Virus record (IMG/VR): IMGVR_UViG_3300028197_001229
Span: 1 to 64,000 of that record
Origin: a virus
Reading direction: 5' to 3' (one strand)
DNA: 64,000 nucleotides
Shown here: positions 38,589 to 48,926 of the stretch, one piece after another
Position numbering within the stretch: position 1 is the stretch's first letter
Layout: each line of letters opens with the position of its first letter
Translations under genes and position numbers: made by a program
Notes under the pieces: model-generated
The model's database searches: none
The model's input: the letters and a program-made list of their open reading frames with translations, nothing else
Told to the model about the DNA's origin: nothing

Positions 38589-39960
38589 AGAAAACCCAAC
38601 TATTGTTGAAAACCAGATTATAGCAGCGTTTATAGGATCCAAAAAGTTCTTTTATGACTATGGAGAAAGTATACGAAACCTATCATCTGAGTTAGGACCC
38701 AGGCACAGTAAATTTGATAGTTATATCAATAAGATAATCTTTGAAGCAATATGTGAATTCAGAGATAAAGCAAAAGCCGAACTCGTGCCTATGGAGTTTA
38801 TTACAGACTACATTGACGGTTGTAAGGTAGGAGGCAGGTTATTACCCGAAGAAGCGGAAAATATAAGTACATACCTTTCGGGTATATATACTAGGGCTAA
38901 TACAGACACAGCCAGTTTCATACGTGGCGATTTATTTGACGCTTGGTTCGATGCTGGAATGGTAGATAGTATAATGCAGTTATCTCAATCCGCAGATACA
39001 GCTGTAACTATAGATGACTTAGAAGTTAAGTTACGTAGAATAAAAATTGCCAAATCAAGACAAGAGAAGAAATCTTTGTCGTTTATTGAGGGTATGCAGA
39101 CTGAGCATGACGATGGCTTTGTAATACCAACAGGTATACATACGTTAGACGACAAGTTAGCTGGTGGCTTTAGACGTGGAGAATCCACAGTCTGTGCAGC
39201 TACCACTGGTGGTGGTAAAACTGTACTAGCTTGTCAGTTTGCAGCTCAATGTGCAACTATGGGTCGTAAGGTAATATTTGTTACTACAGAGCAGCCTCCA
39301 TCCGAGCTAACACCTAGGTTTTTAGCAAATCAATGTGCTATACCTTTTAATATGTTTACACAAAACCCAAATCCGGGAAACTCGGTTATACCACCGGAAG
39401 TATCTAATGTTAGGAAATATAGTTTAAAAATTATAAGTACAATTTCTGCTATGAATGCTAACATTAAATTTCTAGATTGGTCACAAGGTGGCGGACAATC
39501 AATAGAAAATGATTTAGATGCAGCTATAGAGGCAATAATGGAAGATCCAGAAGATGAGTTTCCGGCGGAGGTTATAATATTTGACTGGTTAGGTGGCGCA
39601 CTAAAAAAAGATAGTAATAAAGATTTGCGTATTATGTACTTAGAAGGTGCCGAACACTTGCATGCTATGGCTAAACGAATGCGTTTGTCTGTAATATTGT
39701 TTGCTCAGCTTAATAAAGTAAAAGCTTACAATAAATGGAGATGTGATTCATCAATGCTAGCAGAGTGTACATCCATCCCGGATAAAGCCTCTAATGCTAT
39801 ATATGTAAGTACAAAATTAAATGATGACCTATCGGGACCAAACATAGCGCAAAAGTTTAACGTAGATAAAGCACGTAAGGGAACTGGGGGTATGATAGAT
39901 ATGCTCCGAGACTTTGGTTACCAGCGTTTTATGGTACCATCTGGAACTAACAGTGTTTAA
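38566..39960 (+). CDS. dnaB: Replicative DNA helicase, DnaB-like (SF4)
   Basis: TGIHTLDDKLAGGFRRGE, AATTGGGKT, FVTTEQ, IIFDWL, LFAQLN and VDKARKG motifs. Confidence 0.85.
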   Translation: MSLISTVKENPTIVENQIIAAFIGSKKFFYDYGESIRNLSSELGPRHSKFDSYINKIIFEAICEFRDKAKAELVPMEFITDYIDGCKVGGRLLPEEAENISTYLSGIYTRANTDTASFIRGDLFDAWFDAGMVDSIMQLSQSADTAVTIDDLEVKLRRIKIAKSRQEKKSLSFIEGMQTEHDDGFVIPTGIHTLDDKLAGGFRRGESTVCAATTGGGKTVLACQFAAQCATMGRKVIFVTTEQPPSELTPRFLANQCAIPFNMFTQNPNPGNSVIPPEVSNVRKYSLKIISTISAMNANIKFLDWSQGGGQSIENDLDAAIEAIMEDPEDEFPAEVIIFDWLGGALKKDSNKDLRIMYLEGAEHLHAMAKRMRLSVILFAQLNKVKAYNKWRCDSSMLAECTSIPDKASNAIYVSTKLNDDLSGPNIAQKFNVDKARKGTGGMIDMLRDFGYQRFMVPSGTNSV

Positions 39961-39962
39961 CT

Positions 39963-40970
39963 ATGGAAACTAATAATACGGAAATGGAACTTTGTGTTAT
40001 AATGAATAAATTTTTTAAAAGAGGAGATTGGATACCTGATGCTTTTAAGAAAATATTTAAACTAAGATCCGGGACAGATTTACCAACATGTGTGGTATTT
40101 AGTAAAATAGTATATTGGTTATCTCCTAAAAAAAATGGTAAGAAACGATACTATGGTAAACAGTTAAAATTAAGTGTATCCAATATTTCCGAGCAGACCT
40201 ACTTGTCAAAAAAACAAGTTAGTCATGCTATGGAAAAGTTAGAAAAAAAATATAAGTTTATTAACAGAACAGTAAACGGTACGACAGTTTATGTTAGTCT
40301 AAATGTAGAGATAATAGAAAAAGTTTTAGAAAATAGCTTTCCAAATATGTTTAGCAAAAACGAAGTAGCTATACAAATTTGTAACACTCATATACATAAA
40401 GAACAGCATAGACCATTTCTTTCTAAGTTTCCGAAGGGAGTAACTGAACTTAATTATTGTGACAAAGATCAAATTATCGAAGAGGTTGAAAAATTAGAAA
40501 TTGCTTTGAATACGAAGCAAAATGAAAAGTCTATGTACTCAATGTCCGAAGATAAATTTTATTCAATATGTAGAACTACAAAATACGCTTTAAGAGAAAA
40601 GCTAAACTATATGTCTGAAGCTGAATTAATAGAGGCTTTTATAGTTGATGACGAATCGTCTTATCCAGCTTTCTCTAGATTTGTGTTTTTGTACAATAGT
40701 TTGTATGAGCATTACGTAGGTTATCTTACAAGTAATGACGCTGAGTTTAAAAACTTGTTACAAACTGTGTCAGTAGAGTGCATATCAAATTTAGATGTGT
40801 ACAGTAATTTATTAGTAGCATGTAGGGGTTTGGACGTAAAGTTGTTATCCGTTACTAGTGTAGCCGATTTAAAGTTAAAAAATAATTTAAAATTAACTAC
40901 GCTAGAATCAGAGATAAAAACTTACGAACAAACCCTGTGCTCATTACGACAACATTTAACGTCGATTTAA
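39963..40970 (+). CDS. Winged-helix replication initiator / replisome organiser-like protein
   Basis: VFSKIVYW...LSVSNISEQTYLSKKQVSHAMEKLEKKYKFI fits a wHTH pattern. Confidence 0.55.
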   Translation: METNNTEMELCVIMNKFFKRGDWIPDAFKKIFKLRSGTDLPTCVVFSKIVYWLSPKKNGKKRYYGKQLKLSVSNISEQTYLSKKQVSHAMEKLEKKYKFINRTVNGTTVYVSLNVEIIEKVLENSFPNMFSKNEVAIQICNTHIHKEQHRPFLSKFPKGVTELNYCDKDQIIEEVEKLEIALNTKQNEKSMYSMSEDKFYSICRTTKYALREKLNYMSEAELIEAFIVDDESSYPAFSRFVFLYNSLYEHYVGYLTSNDAEFKNLLQTVSVECISNLDVYSNLLVACRGLDVKLLSVTSVADLKLKNNLKLTTLESEIKTYEQTLCSLRQHLTSI

Positions 40971-40974
40971 AAAA

Positions 40975-41364
40975 ATGGGATTCTTTTCATGGAATTGTGT
41001 GGCCTGCAATAAGGCCTTTATAAGTGCGTGTAACTTTGATGAAAAAACAAAGTGGGCAGCAGAAGTAACAGTAGCTCTCTACTGTAAAGCTTACAGATCA
41101 ACACCAGCTACTATTATACATGGTATATATGACGGTTACGGTGACGTTGGTTCTGGTGAATTTAACTTCCTTGATTGGGATACATCTCAGTATCCTGACT
41201 ACAGAGCATTTCATACTACTTGCTGGGAGTTACTAGATGAGCCTGAGTTAGTAAAAGACTTGTCTTTTTACAAACCCAATCAATCGGCAGATAACCAAGG
41301 TTATTTTTTATCCGAAAGTGAGTGGGTAGACTTAGAAGACCAGCCACGACTAATACTTCACTAA
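40975..41364 (+). CDS. Putative zinc-binding phage protein
   Basis: MGFFSWNCVAC...GIYDGYG...HTTC. Confidence 0.65.
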   Translation: MGFFSWNCVACNKAFISACNFDEKTKWAAEVTVALYCKAYRSTPATIIHGIYDGYGDVGSGEFNFLDWDTSQYPDYRAFHTTCWELLDEPELVKDLSFYKPNQSADNQGYFLSESEWVDLEDQPRLILH

Positions 41365-41365
41365 G

Positions 41366-41620
41366 ATGTCTGCAAATATACTACCAAACCGGAGATCACG
41401 ACCTGGTTGCTTCAGATTCTTCTTTCACTACAACAAGCATAAACAATGCATGACTGTACACTGGAAGGGTAGTTGTCTGTTAGTTGATGAGTTAGTGTGT
41501 AATGTTCCTGTAGAAACAAAAACTTCTCAAAAACAACCACATTACGTCCTGCAAGGTTGGGCCGAGGGTGTAGAACTAGAGTTAATAAAAAATGGAAAAA
41601 CAATGGCATTAATAACATGA
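41366..41620 (+). CDS. Small hypothetical phage protein
   Basis: 84 aa (FFFHYNK...MTVHWKGSC...QPHYVLQG); its stop overlaps the primase ATG. Confidence 0.65.
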   Translation: MSANILPNRRSRPGCFRFFFHYNKHKQCMTVHWKGSCLLVDELVCNVPVETKTSQKQPHYVLQGWAEGVELELIKNGKTMALIT

Positions 41621-42801
41621 GTCAAAGTGTAATAACTTATAGCCCATCACTAGATGAGGCTACACGAGCTGGTATCAGTAGAGATGCACTGAGGTTAGCT
41701 AGAGAGCTATCTATACGACATGGTAACATCCGTATAACTAAGGAGGCGAGTGGGATTCATTTTTATATGGCTTCGCCTGTTTGCTTACAACAATACGGTC
41801 CTAGTGAACTGTATAAAATGCATCTAGCAGTAAACGTCGATAAATATGAATCTGGCGTAGATTTGTGCGGTATGTGTATGAAAACAAATACACCATATTC
41901 GGTAGACGATTTACGTACTATGACAAACTTAAAGCGTAGGGGTTTTACCGATGCCCAACACACTATAACTATTAAACGTAATGATAACTACTTAGAAAAA
42001 GATAAAAATGGAAACTCTATACCAAAGCCTCCGGGAGATGTTACTCCTGTTATAGACTTACCTGATGGGCATCCTGTAGTGGCTTATATAAAATCACGTG
42101 ATTACGACCCACAGAAACTATATGATCAGTTCAAAGCAGCCTACTGTACTACTGCACGCGCTGATTACCCTACTAAAAGGTTATCAGGCGGTTTTTCTAT
42201 TACACCCCAGTGTAGGCTTATATTTTATATATACGTAGATGGTGTTCGTTTAGGTTGGCAGGGTCGTATCCTTGATTTCTCGGAAGATGGTACTAAACAT
42301 TATTACCACCCTACTTACGAAAAATGGGTTCCTATGGAATCAAAAAATGCTAGTGGTAAATGGGTACCACTACAAAATGTCGCAGATGGTTGGAATCCGG
42401 CTAAGTATATTCATGCCCCTGGCACTAATACTACTTTAGCCTTAATGGGATTTGATGCAGCCGTTGAATTTAACAAAGATAGAAATGTCAAAGTCATAGG
42501 TTTGACCGAGGGCCCGCTGGATTCAGCGCGTCTTGGTATTCCTTTTTGCGCAGTTATGGGTAAACATTTTAGCCCAGATAAAGCAAAATTGTTGAGAAGG
42601 TTTGACAAAGTAGTACTAGCTATACAAAATGACGATGCTAGTAAAACGTTACTAGATGAAGTAACTTCGGTGTTGTCAATCTACGGAGTTTCTTTGAAAG
42701 TTATCAAACCACCAAAGCAATACAATGACTACGGAGATATGCCACAGCATATTGTTGACTCCGTTGTAAAACCTGAGATAAACGAATACTTAAGCTTATG
42801 A
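41617..42801 (+). CDS. DNA primase (DnaG-type TOPRIM)
   Basis: RLIF...GWQGRIL, AKYIH, TEGPLDS, AVMG, QNDDAS and NDYGD motifs. I moved the start to ATG 41617 (ATGA overlap) from the track's 41557. Confidence 0.8.
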   Translation: MSQSVITYSPSLDEATRAGISRDALRLARELSIRHGNIRITKEASGIHFYMASPVCLQQYGPSELYKMHLAVNVDKYESGVDLCGMCMKTNTPYSVDDLRTMTNLKRRGFTDAQHTITIKRNDNYLEKDKNGNSIPKPPGDVTPVIDLPDGHPVVAYIKSRDYDPQKLYDQFKAAYCTTARADYPTKRLSGGFSITPQCRLIFYIYVDGVRLGWQGRILDFSEDGTKHYYHPTYEKWVPMESKNASGKWVPLQNVADGWNPAKYIHAPGTNTTLALMGFDAAVEFNKDRNVKVIGLTEGPLDSARLGIPFCAVMGKHFSPDKAKLLRRFDKVVLAIQNDDASKTLLDEVTSVLSIYGVSLKVIKPPKQYNDYGDMPQHIVDSVVKPEINEYLSL

Positions 42802-43022
42802 ATAAATTGGAAGACGAAATAGTTAAATTGAGCTACACAGCTAACATGTTGCAATCAATAATCGATAGATTAAATAAATGCTCTATAAACCTAGATTCGG
42901 ATCCCGATCTTTCCTTAAGACTAAAAAGTATTCTTTATTACCAAGGTTGTGGTGATTACAATCGTACTTTGTTTGAAACTATTGATCTAGATAAAAATAT
43001 TACAAAAAAGTGTCAGAAATAA
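42798..43022 (+). CDS. Hypothetical protein
   Basis: 74 aa, overlaps the primase and polymerase genes. Confidence 0.45.
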   Translation: MNKLEDEIVKLSYTANMLQSIIDRLNKCSINLDSDPDLSLRLKSILYYQGCGDYNRTLFETIDLDKNITKKCQK

Positions 43023-46000
43023 AACGTCAGCTGGCAAAAGGCGAGTACCCTGAGTGGTGCAAGTCTAGCCCGCCAAATTCGTTAAATAAAAATAGAACTA
43101 TAGATGGTGTACTTCACTTTGCAGGTGTGGGTAAAAAACCTGCAGATGTTATGTTTGTTGCCCCATGTGTATTATTCGAGGAGGCTAATGATCGGACATC
43201 TCCGGCAAGACTATTAAAAGGTCCAGCATCTAATCTGTTTTTACGGAATCTAAAAAGAGTTGGTTTTAACACCGACGAAATATATTATACAACATTATGT
43301 AAATACACACTTCCAATGGGTCGTAACATGCGCCCAAAGATGGAAGATTTACGTTGGAGTCAAACAATAATTGAAAAAGAGATTGAAGAAGTATCTCCTA
43401 AAATAATTGTTTGCTTGGGGAAACAAGTTTTTGATTTCTTTGTTGATTTCAAAGCTACATTTAAAGACGTACACGGTGGGTTTTTCCACAGTACTTATTA
43501 TGACTGTTTGGTTTATGTTACGGATCAGCTTACTACTTCTTTCCTTAAGCCTGAATACATAAGTCGTTCCATAACCGATTTAGCTTGTGTAAAGCGACAT
43601 CTAGACGATGTAGCTGGAGTAGGTATACCCACACACCCAATAGACTATAAAACAGTCTCTACACGTACTGAGTTAGTTAAACTGTTTTCTGATATTGAAG
43701 CTCTTAAGCCCTCTGTACTAAGTGTAGACTGTGAGTGGGCAGGTGATACCTATATTAGTGGTACACTAAGATCTATTCAGCTATGTTGGGCACCGGGTAA
43801 AGCAGCTTACATAATGTTCAGGGACCAAGCCGGTTTATGGGTTTGGGATAAGCCGCAACCAGACATCTATAAACAAGTTGGTAACTTTCTTAACAAAGGT
43901 TATAAGTTTATAGGTCATAACTTGTGTGCTGACTTTATGTGGATGCATCATTGTTTAGGTGTTGATACTTATCAGAAATGTGCGTTTGACACTATGTATG
44001 CTGAGTTCTTGTTAGATGAGTATGCAGACTTAAAGTTAGAACGTTTATCACTTAAGTACACGGACCTCGGTCGTTACGACACAGAGTTATTCTTAACTAA
44101 GAAAAAATTAAAAATAACATCTGATGAAGGTTATGGTCGTATACCAGACGACGTACTTATACCTTACGCTTGTAAGGATGTGGATGTTGTAATGAGGGCT
44201 TATCCCATTTTACTACAAAAGCTTTATGCGGAAAAATTAAATTCATATTATTTCGATATAAACTTACCATATGTTGCCGACTCGTTTTTTGAAATGGCTC
44301 TTGCCGGGTTACCTATAAATAGATCTTATCTAGATGTAATGCGCTCGGTGTTCACAAATAATGAAACTCTGCTACTGCTCGAGCTTAGGATGAGTCTTAA
44401 AGAAGAAGCTAATCTCTTTCTAGCAGAAAAGCTCTACAAAGCATTCGGCCAAGCTGGTTACACTCTGTTTAGTGAATTGGTTCAACTAGACAATCGTAGA
44501 TTTGAACTTAGAGAACAACTGTATACTTACCCAGAGTTAGATACAACATATGTTCCTTGGGATTCTGCTAAATATTCTTCTGCAAAAATTATTGCGATGT
44601 ATTCTGAACCACTTGAAATAAAAGAAAATTTATCTTCAAGTGAAAAATCTGAATGTATTAAAGAACTAACAGATGTACATAATAAATGTTTAACTAAACT
44701 TAAAAGCCTAGTAAATCCGGAATCGTTTCCTGAATTTCTACCTTTGTTTGAGCATTGGTGGGACGCAAATGAGTTTAAAATAAGAAGTGATGCTCATAAA
44801 CGACGTTGGTTATTTTCTGTAAAAAAGTTTGAACCTGTAAAGACTACTAAGAAAGATGGTGTCCAAATGCCCTGGGAGTCTGTTTTGAAGTTGGATAAAG
44901 CTAGACAATTAGAGCATTCACCATCTACTGATAAGGAAACTATACAAATACTATCTGAGAAATGTATTTTAGTTTCTCGGGTCTTGGAGTTAAACTCTGT
45001 AGGCAACATTGTGAAGATGTTTCTTAAAGGTCCAGATGCTAATGGTAAAGAACAAGGTCTACATAAATGGATACAATCTGATGGTAGGCTTCACTGTAAT
45101 TTTGCTACAACAGAAACTGGTCGTCCTCGTACTTGGAATCCTAACGTATTGAACTACCCAAAAGCTATTACACGTCCGATCGAAGCAGCTTTCAAGCGGT
45201 TAGGTCAGGACAAACCTTACAGCTTACGATCATGTGTAGAGGCTCCAGAAGGTTGGTGTCTTGTTGACGCTGATTTGGAAACTGCAGAGGTGCTTGGATT
45301 AGCTTATATATCTGGGGATGATGAGATGATAGATGTCTGTTCTTCCGGAGATAAGAACTTCGTACAGATAAACTCGGATAAAGCAGAAGAATATTCCATA
45401 CCGTGGATTCGCTTTAAAGGAATTGATTGTGCCAGGTTAGAAAATATAGCCGATCACGACGATTGCTTGATACTTGATAACTCTGGTGAGTACATACGAC
45501 CGCTTAGGGATATGCACTGGGAGATGGCCGAGACAATGCACAGTAAATCTAGAGAAGAACTAGATGCGGATATAGATAGGCTTGCTGGTAAGATAGGTAT
45601 GTTTTCTATACCATATGGTGCGTCACCTAAGTTACTCGAAAGAACCATTGAGAGTATCACAGGTATAAAGCCTGATCCGGATATTGGTGAAAAGTTAATA
45701 GATGCTTATGAAACTAAGTTTCCTGTAGCTGCAGCTTTTCTGAAAGCACAGGAAGCTTGCGTAGAGGAGCCCGGTTACTATAGATCGATATCAGGTAGGG
45801 TTCGTCATTTTCATACACATGGGTTATCTACAGAAGGTTTATCGGAACGAGCCCGAAAGTCTCTAATGGCTCCACTAGCTAGGGAAGCTAGGAACTATCC
45901 TATGCAAGAGATTGTTGCTGCTACTATGGCTAGAGCTGTTAATTCTTTAGTTGCTGAGTTTAAAGCACGCGGTATGAGTGCTAGACCTATGATACTACTA

Positions 46001-46195
46001 CACGACGCATTGACTGTACTTAGTCCTATAGAAGAAAGATGGGAAGTCCGAAAACTTTTGCAGAAATGTATGAGTGACGGTACAACCTGGGATGTTAATA
46101 GTAAAACACTTCAGTTTGCTATAGATGTTGACTTTTCATTTAGGTGGGGTATGAAACCATCTAAAGAAGAATCATTATTACTAAACACACAATAG
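43010..46195 (+). CDS. polA: Family A DNA polymerase with N-terminal uracil-DNA-glycosylase-like domain and 3'-5' exonuclease
   Basis: UDG family-4-like region ADVMFV...KGPAS...IYYTTLCKY...PKIIVCLGK. Exo motifs VDCE, GHNLCADF and YACKD. Pol motif A DADLETAE, B RLAGKIGMFSIPYG, C LHDAL. Confidence 0.92.
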   Translation: MSEIKRQLAKGEYPEWCKSSPPNSLNKNRTIDGVLHFAGVGKKPADVMFVAPCVLFEEANDRTSPARLLKGPASNLFLRNLKRVGFNTDEIYYTTLCKYTLPMGRNMRPKMEDLRWSQTIIEKEIEEVSPKIIVCLGKQVFDFFVDFKATFKDVHGGFFHSTYYDCLVYVTDQLTTSFLKPEYISRSITDLACVKRHLDDVAGVGIPTHPIDYKTVSTRTELVKLFSDIEALKPSVLSVDCEWAGDTYISGTLRSIQLCWAPGKAAYIMFRDQAGLWVWDKPQPDIYKQVGNFLNKGYKFIGHNLCADFMWMHHCLGVDTYQKCAFDTMYAEFLLDEYADLKLERLSLKYTDLGRYDTELFLTKKKLKITSDEGYGRIPDDVLIPYACKDVDVVMRAYPILLQKLYAEKLNSYYFDINLPYVADSFFEMALAGLPINRSYLDVMRSVFTNNETLLLLELRMSLKEEANLFLAEKLYKAFGQAGYTLFSELVQLDNRRFELREQLYTYPELDTTYVPWDSAKYSSAKIIAMYSEPLEIKENLSSSEKSECIKELTDVHNKCLTKLKSLVNPESFPEFLPLFEHWWDANEFKIRSDAHKRRWLFSVKKFEPVKTTKKDGVQMPWESVLKLDKARQLEHSPSTDKETIQILSEKCILVSRVLELNSVGNIVKMFLKGPDANGKEQGLHKWIQSDGRLHCNFATTETGRPRTWNPNVLNYPKAITRPIEAAFKRLGQDKPYSLRSCVEAPEGWCLVDADLETAEVLGLAYISGDDEMIDVCSSGDKNFVQINSDKAEEYSIPWIRFKGIDCARLENIADHDDCLILDNSGEYIRPLRDMHWEMAETMHSKSREELDADIDRLAGKIGMFSIPYGASPKLLERTIESITGIKPDPDIGEKLIDAYETKFPVAAAFLKAQEACVEEPGYYRSISGRVRHFHTHGLSTEGLSERARKSLMAPLAREARNYPMQEIVAATMARAVNSLVAEFKARGMSARPMILLHDALTVLSPIEERWEVRKLLQKCMSDGTTWDVNSKTLQFAIDVDFSFRWGMKPSKEESLLLNTQ

Positions 46196-46213
46196 AATTA
46201 TTGCTAATTTTAC

Positions 46214-46230
46214 GTTATATATAATTGGTA
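46214..46230 (+). promoter_or_regulatory. Conserved 17-bp intergenic motif, copy 2
   Basis: gttatatataattggta, 78 bp upstream of ORF 46309. Confidence 0.6.
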
Positions 46231-46308
46231 CCACACATGGTATCATTCCTTTTTGTTATGTATTCACAAGATACTGAATTAAACTAACCAAATAAAAAAA
46301 TATACATT

Positions 46309-47592
46309 ATGTTAATAGGTGGATCCCAAGCAGATAGTTCCCGGAGTTTTACTCACGGGTTCTTTCACGATGGTGTTAAAAGCACCCAGTTTAAAGCGTC
46401 GTCTCAATATTTCTTGAGACTATTGCCGGCATTTGATCAGGACAAACAAGGTACTCCTGATTTTGAAAGTTCACACGTACCTTACCGGAATAAAGAGCTT
46501 CCGGAAGATTGGAAAACCAAAACTCCTGGCTTTAGTAGCTGGTTTTTTGTGGTTCAAGGTTATACGTTCTTTGGAAAAGGAAACGTATCGCTATTGTCTC
46601 CGTTGTCCGCTGTTCACGGTGGTCACAGTAAAGTTGGTAAGGATCCTATACTGGACATCCGTAACTTTGCTGAGAAATCTGACGATCCGTTGGTACGTCA
46701 GCTTACAGAGGATAAAAGTTTCAAAGAGCGTGCAGCAGCACCAACTCCGCGTTACTTTGTTCTAACTAACGTACTGTTGATGACAGATCTTAATAGTAAG
46801 CGTACTGAGAATCAAGTCGGGATTTTCACAAATGCTGCTTGGACAGATCTTAAGGGTAAGCTTGCTGGACGTGCTGGACGTAACGACGAAGTTATTTCCC
46901 GCGACTGGGAAGATTTCTTGTATGGCGACGTCACGCATCCATCGGAGGGTCTTGCTGCAACAGTAAGGGAGACTTCTGCTGAAGCTAATGAATCTATACG
47001 ATTTGCTGGCATTCATTTTGCAGACGCACCCGGTCGTCTTGATGGTCATCAGAAGTGGGATATTACAGATAACCCTGGTGCTTTGACTAATCGTTACAGT
47101 ATATCTGATGACGAAAATGTTACTAGAATTTGGTCTTATGACGAGATACTAGAGTATCTTGTCCAGGATGGTATTGTTCCTTATGACATTATTGAGCGCG
47201 CTTGCTCTCAGTACGCTGAAAATGACATACCAAAGCAATCAGGCCAAGCAAAGGAAGCAACATACTCCATACCTAGTCAAACTACGGTAGAAAGTGATGT
47301 GGAAGAAAACGCTCAGGAAGCTAATACCTTAGGTACTAGTAGTACACCAACACCACCAGCCGAAAAGGTTGCTGAAGTTGCACCTACTCCACGTGTACCC
47401 GTAGAAGCATCCGTAGGTAATACCACTGAACCGGAAGTAGGAGCTGCTACTGAAGCAGATTCTAGTCCCGACGTAGCTCGTTACAATGACTTGGCTGCTA
47501 AGTTTAAGGATAATCCAAACAACTTAGCAGCGGAAGAACTTCCAGAGTTTTTTGACTTATGTGCAAAACTCGGAGTTTCTCCTAACAGCTAA
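46309..47592 (+). CDS. Probable single-stranded DNA-binding protein (gp32-like)
   Basis: YFLRLLPAF motif, aromatic-rich core and long acidic P/T/A-rich tail. Lies between pol and recA with its own motif and terminator. Confidence 0.5.
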   Translation: MLIGGSQADSSRSFTHGFFHDGVKSTQFKASSQYFLRLLPAFDQDKQGTPDFESSHVPYRNKELPEDWKTKTPGFSSWFFVVQGYTFFGKGNVSLLSPLSAVHGGHSKVGKDPILDIRNFAEKSDDPLVRQLTEDKSFKERAAAPTPRYFVLTNVLLMTDLNSKRTENQVGIFTNAAWTDLKGKLAGRAGRNDEVISRDWEDFLYGDVTHPSEGLAATVRETSAEANESIRFAGIHFADAPGRLDGHQKWDITDNPGALTNRYSISDDENVTRIWSYDEILEYLVQDGIVPYDIIERACSQYAENDIPKQSGQAKEATYSIPSQTTVESDVEENAQEANTLGTSSTPTPPAEKVAEVAPTPRVPVEASVGNTTEPEVGAATEADSSPDVARYNDLAAKFKDNPNNLAAEELPEFFDLCAKLGVSPNS

Positions 47593-47605
47593 AACTTGAA
47601 TAATT

Positions 47606-47635
47606 AAGTCGGGGGTCATCTGGCCCCCGACTTTT
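47606..47635 (+). terminator. Intrinsic terminator
   Basis: aagtcggggg...cccccgactt stem followed by a T-run. Confidence 0.8.
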
Positions 47636-47651
47636 ATACCAACAAAATATA

Positions 47652-48926
47652 ATGCCAAGAAAGAAAAAAATAGTTGAAACTCCTAGTTGTGAGTTCAATC
47701 TTTTGGAAGACAATAGTTTTTCAGATCAAGTAAAAGAAACAATGTTGGCTATGGCCAGCAAACGAAAGTCAGCATCCTCTGTTACAGCTATGTCTGATCT
47801 ACAACGTGAGTATGTAACCTTAGACAGTTTTTACATGCAGGCAACCCTGGGTATGTGTGGTCTCCCGCATGGTACACTGTTAGAGATATTAGGACAAGAC
47901 GGTGTGGGTAAGAGTTCTTTGATATTTACCATAGCAGGCAATGCTATGGCACAAGGTTCTCCATTTTTTTACGTGGAGACAGAAGGTAAGCCAATGAATG
48001 ATGAACGTGTTCGTAGGTGTCTACATCCCGACCCAACAGCTGCAGAAAACATTTTTTCTAAAATTACTATGCAGACTTGCGATGACATACCAAGTATGGT
48101 TGCAGCGTTAGAAGATTTTGTAGAAGTTTGTCGTAACCAGATTGGCGTGCCTAAAAGTACTCCACTTGTTTGCGCTGTAGATTCTTTTTCAAAGCTTATG
48201 TCTCCTAACGAAGCTATGGGTAGATCGTTCTATGCTGAGGATGCTAAAAAGAAAGAATTTGGTACTGACAAGGTCAATTTTGGACATAGTAAATTTGCTC
48301 ATCAGTGGTGTAGAATACTTCCATCTTGGTTAAAGCAGAACAATGTTGTGTTAATGATTGTATCGCACCAGAATCAGCAAGTAAGTACAGGTTTCGGTGG
48401 TGGCAGTTTTATGTCACCTGAGGTTGCTGCAAGCTATAACCGTACAAAGATTGGTGGTAATGCTTTTAATCAAAACGCAGCATTGCAATTAATACTTACA
48501 CGTAAGGGTGTGGCAAAACGTGGTACAGAAAAAGTGGGTTCTATAATAAAGGCAACTGTGGCAAAAAACTCTTACGGGCCGGAAGGCGGATTCTTTGAGT
48601 TTGAAGTAGTAGGTCGCCCATACCTCGATACTGAGACATGGAAACAACCTTCTCTTTATATGGGAAACACTACAGCAGCTTGGCTAGCTACTAACAAGCA
48701 CTGTGGTGTAGTGGAAACCCGAAAACGTTATTCGTGTGAAGAGTTGAATATAGTTGGTGAAACAGCAGAAGACTTTTATCCAAAATTTATGGATAGTCAT
48801 CTCAAGGACGAACTTGGTTCTCAACTTAACATTGTTGGTTACACTGTTACAGACACTGCTAACGACGAACTTGAAAAATTAGAAGATGAAACTGAGCAAG
48901 TACAATCTGAAACTGACACTGAGTAA
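47652..48926 (+). CDS. recA: RecA/UvsX-like recombinase
   Basis: GLPHGTLLEILGQDGVGKSSL, YVETE, VCAVDS, IGGNA and VAKNSYGP motifs. Confidence 0.88.
   Translation: MPRKKKIVETPSCEFNLLEDNSFSDQVKETMLAMASKRKSASSVTAMSDLQREYVTLDSFYMQATLGMCGLPHGTLLEILGQDGVGKSSLIFTIAGNAMAQGSPFFYVETEGKPMNDERVRRCLHPDPTAAENIFSKITMQTCDDIPSMVAALEDFVEVCRNQIGVPKSTPLVCAVDSFSKLMSPNEAMGRSFYAEDAKKKEFGTDKVNFGHSKFAHQWCRILPSWLKQNNVVLMIVSHQNQQVSTGFGGGSFMSPEVAASYNRTKIGGNAFNQNAALQLILTRKGVAKRGTEKVGSIIKATVAKNSYGPEGGFFEFEVVGRPYLDTETWKQPSLYMGNTTAAWLATNKHCGVVETRKRYSCEELNIVGETAEDFYPKFMDSHLKDELGSQLNIVGYTVTDTANDELEKLEDETEQVQSETDTE

Noticed and set aside
41557-41616. Track start of the primase at 41557
   Set aside because: It overlaps the upstream gene by 64 nt; ATG 41617 gives the ATGA coupling typical of this genome.
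43010-46195. Intein or intron in the polymerase (also considered for terL, DnaB and RecA)
   Set aside because: No C/S...HN splice termini or LAGLIDADG motifs; reading frames are continuous.
46433-47049. Overlapping ORFs within the SSB-like gene
   Set aside because: They are nested alternative-frame or antisense ORFs without recognisable features.
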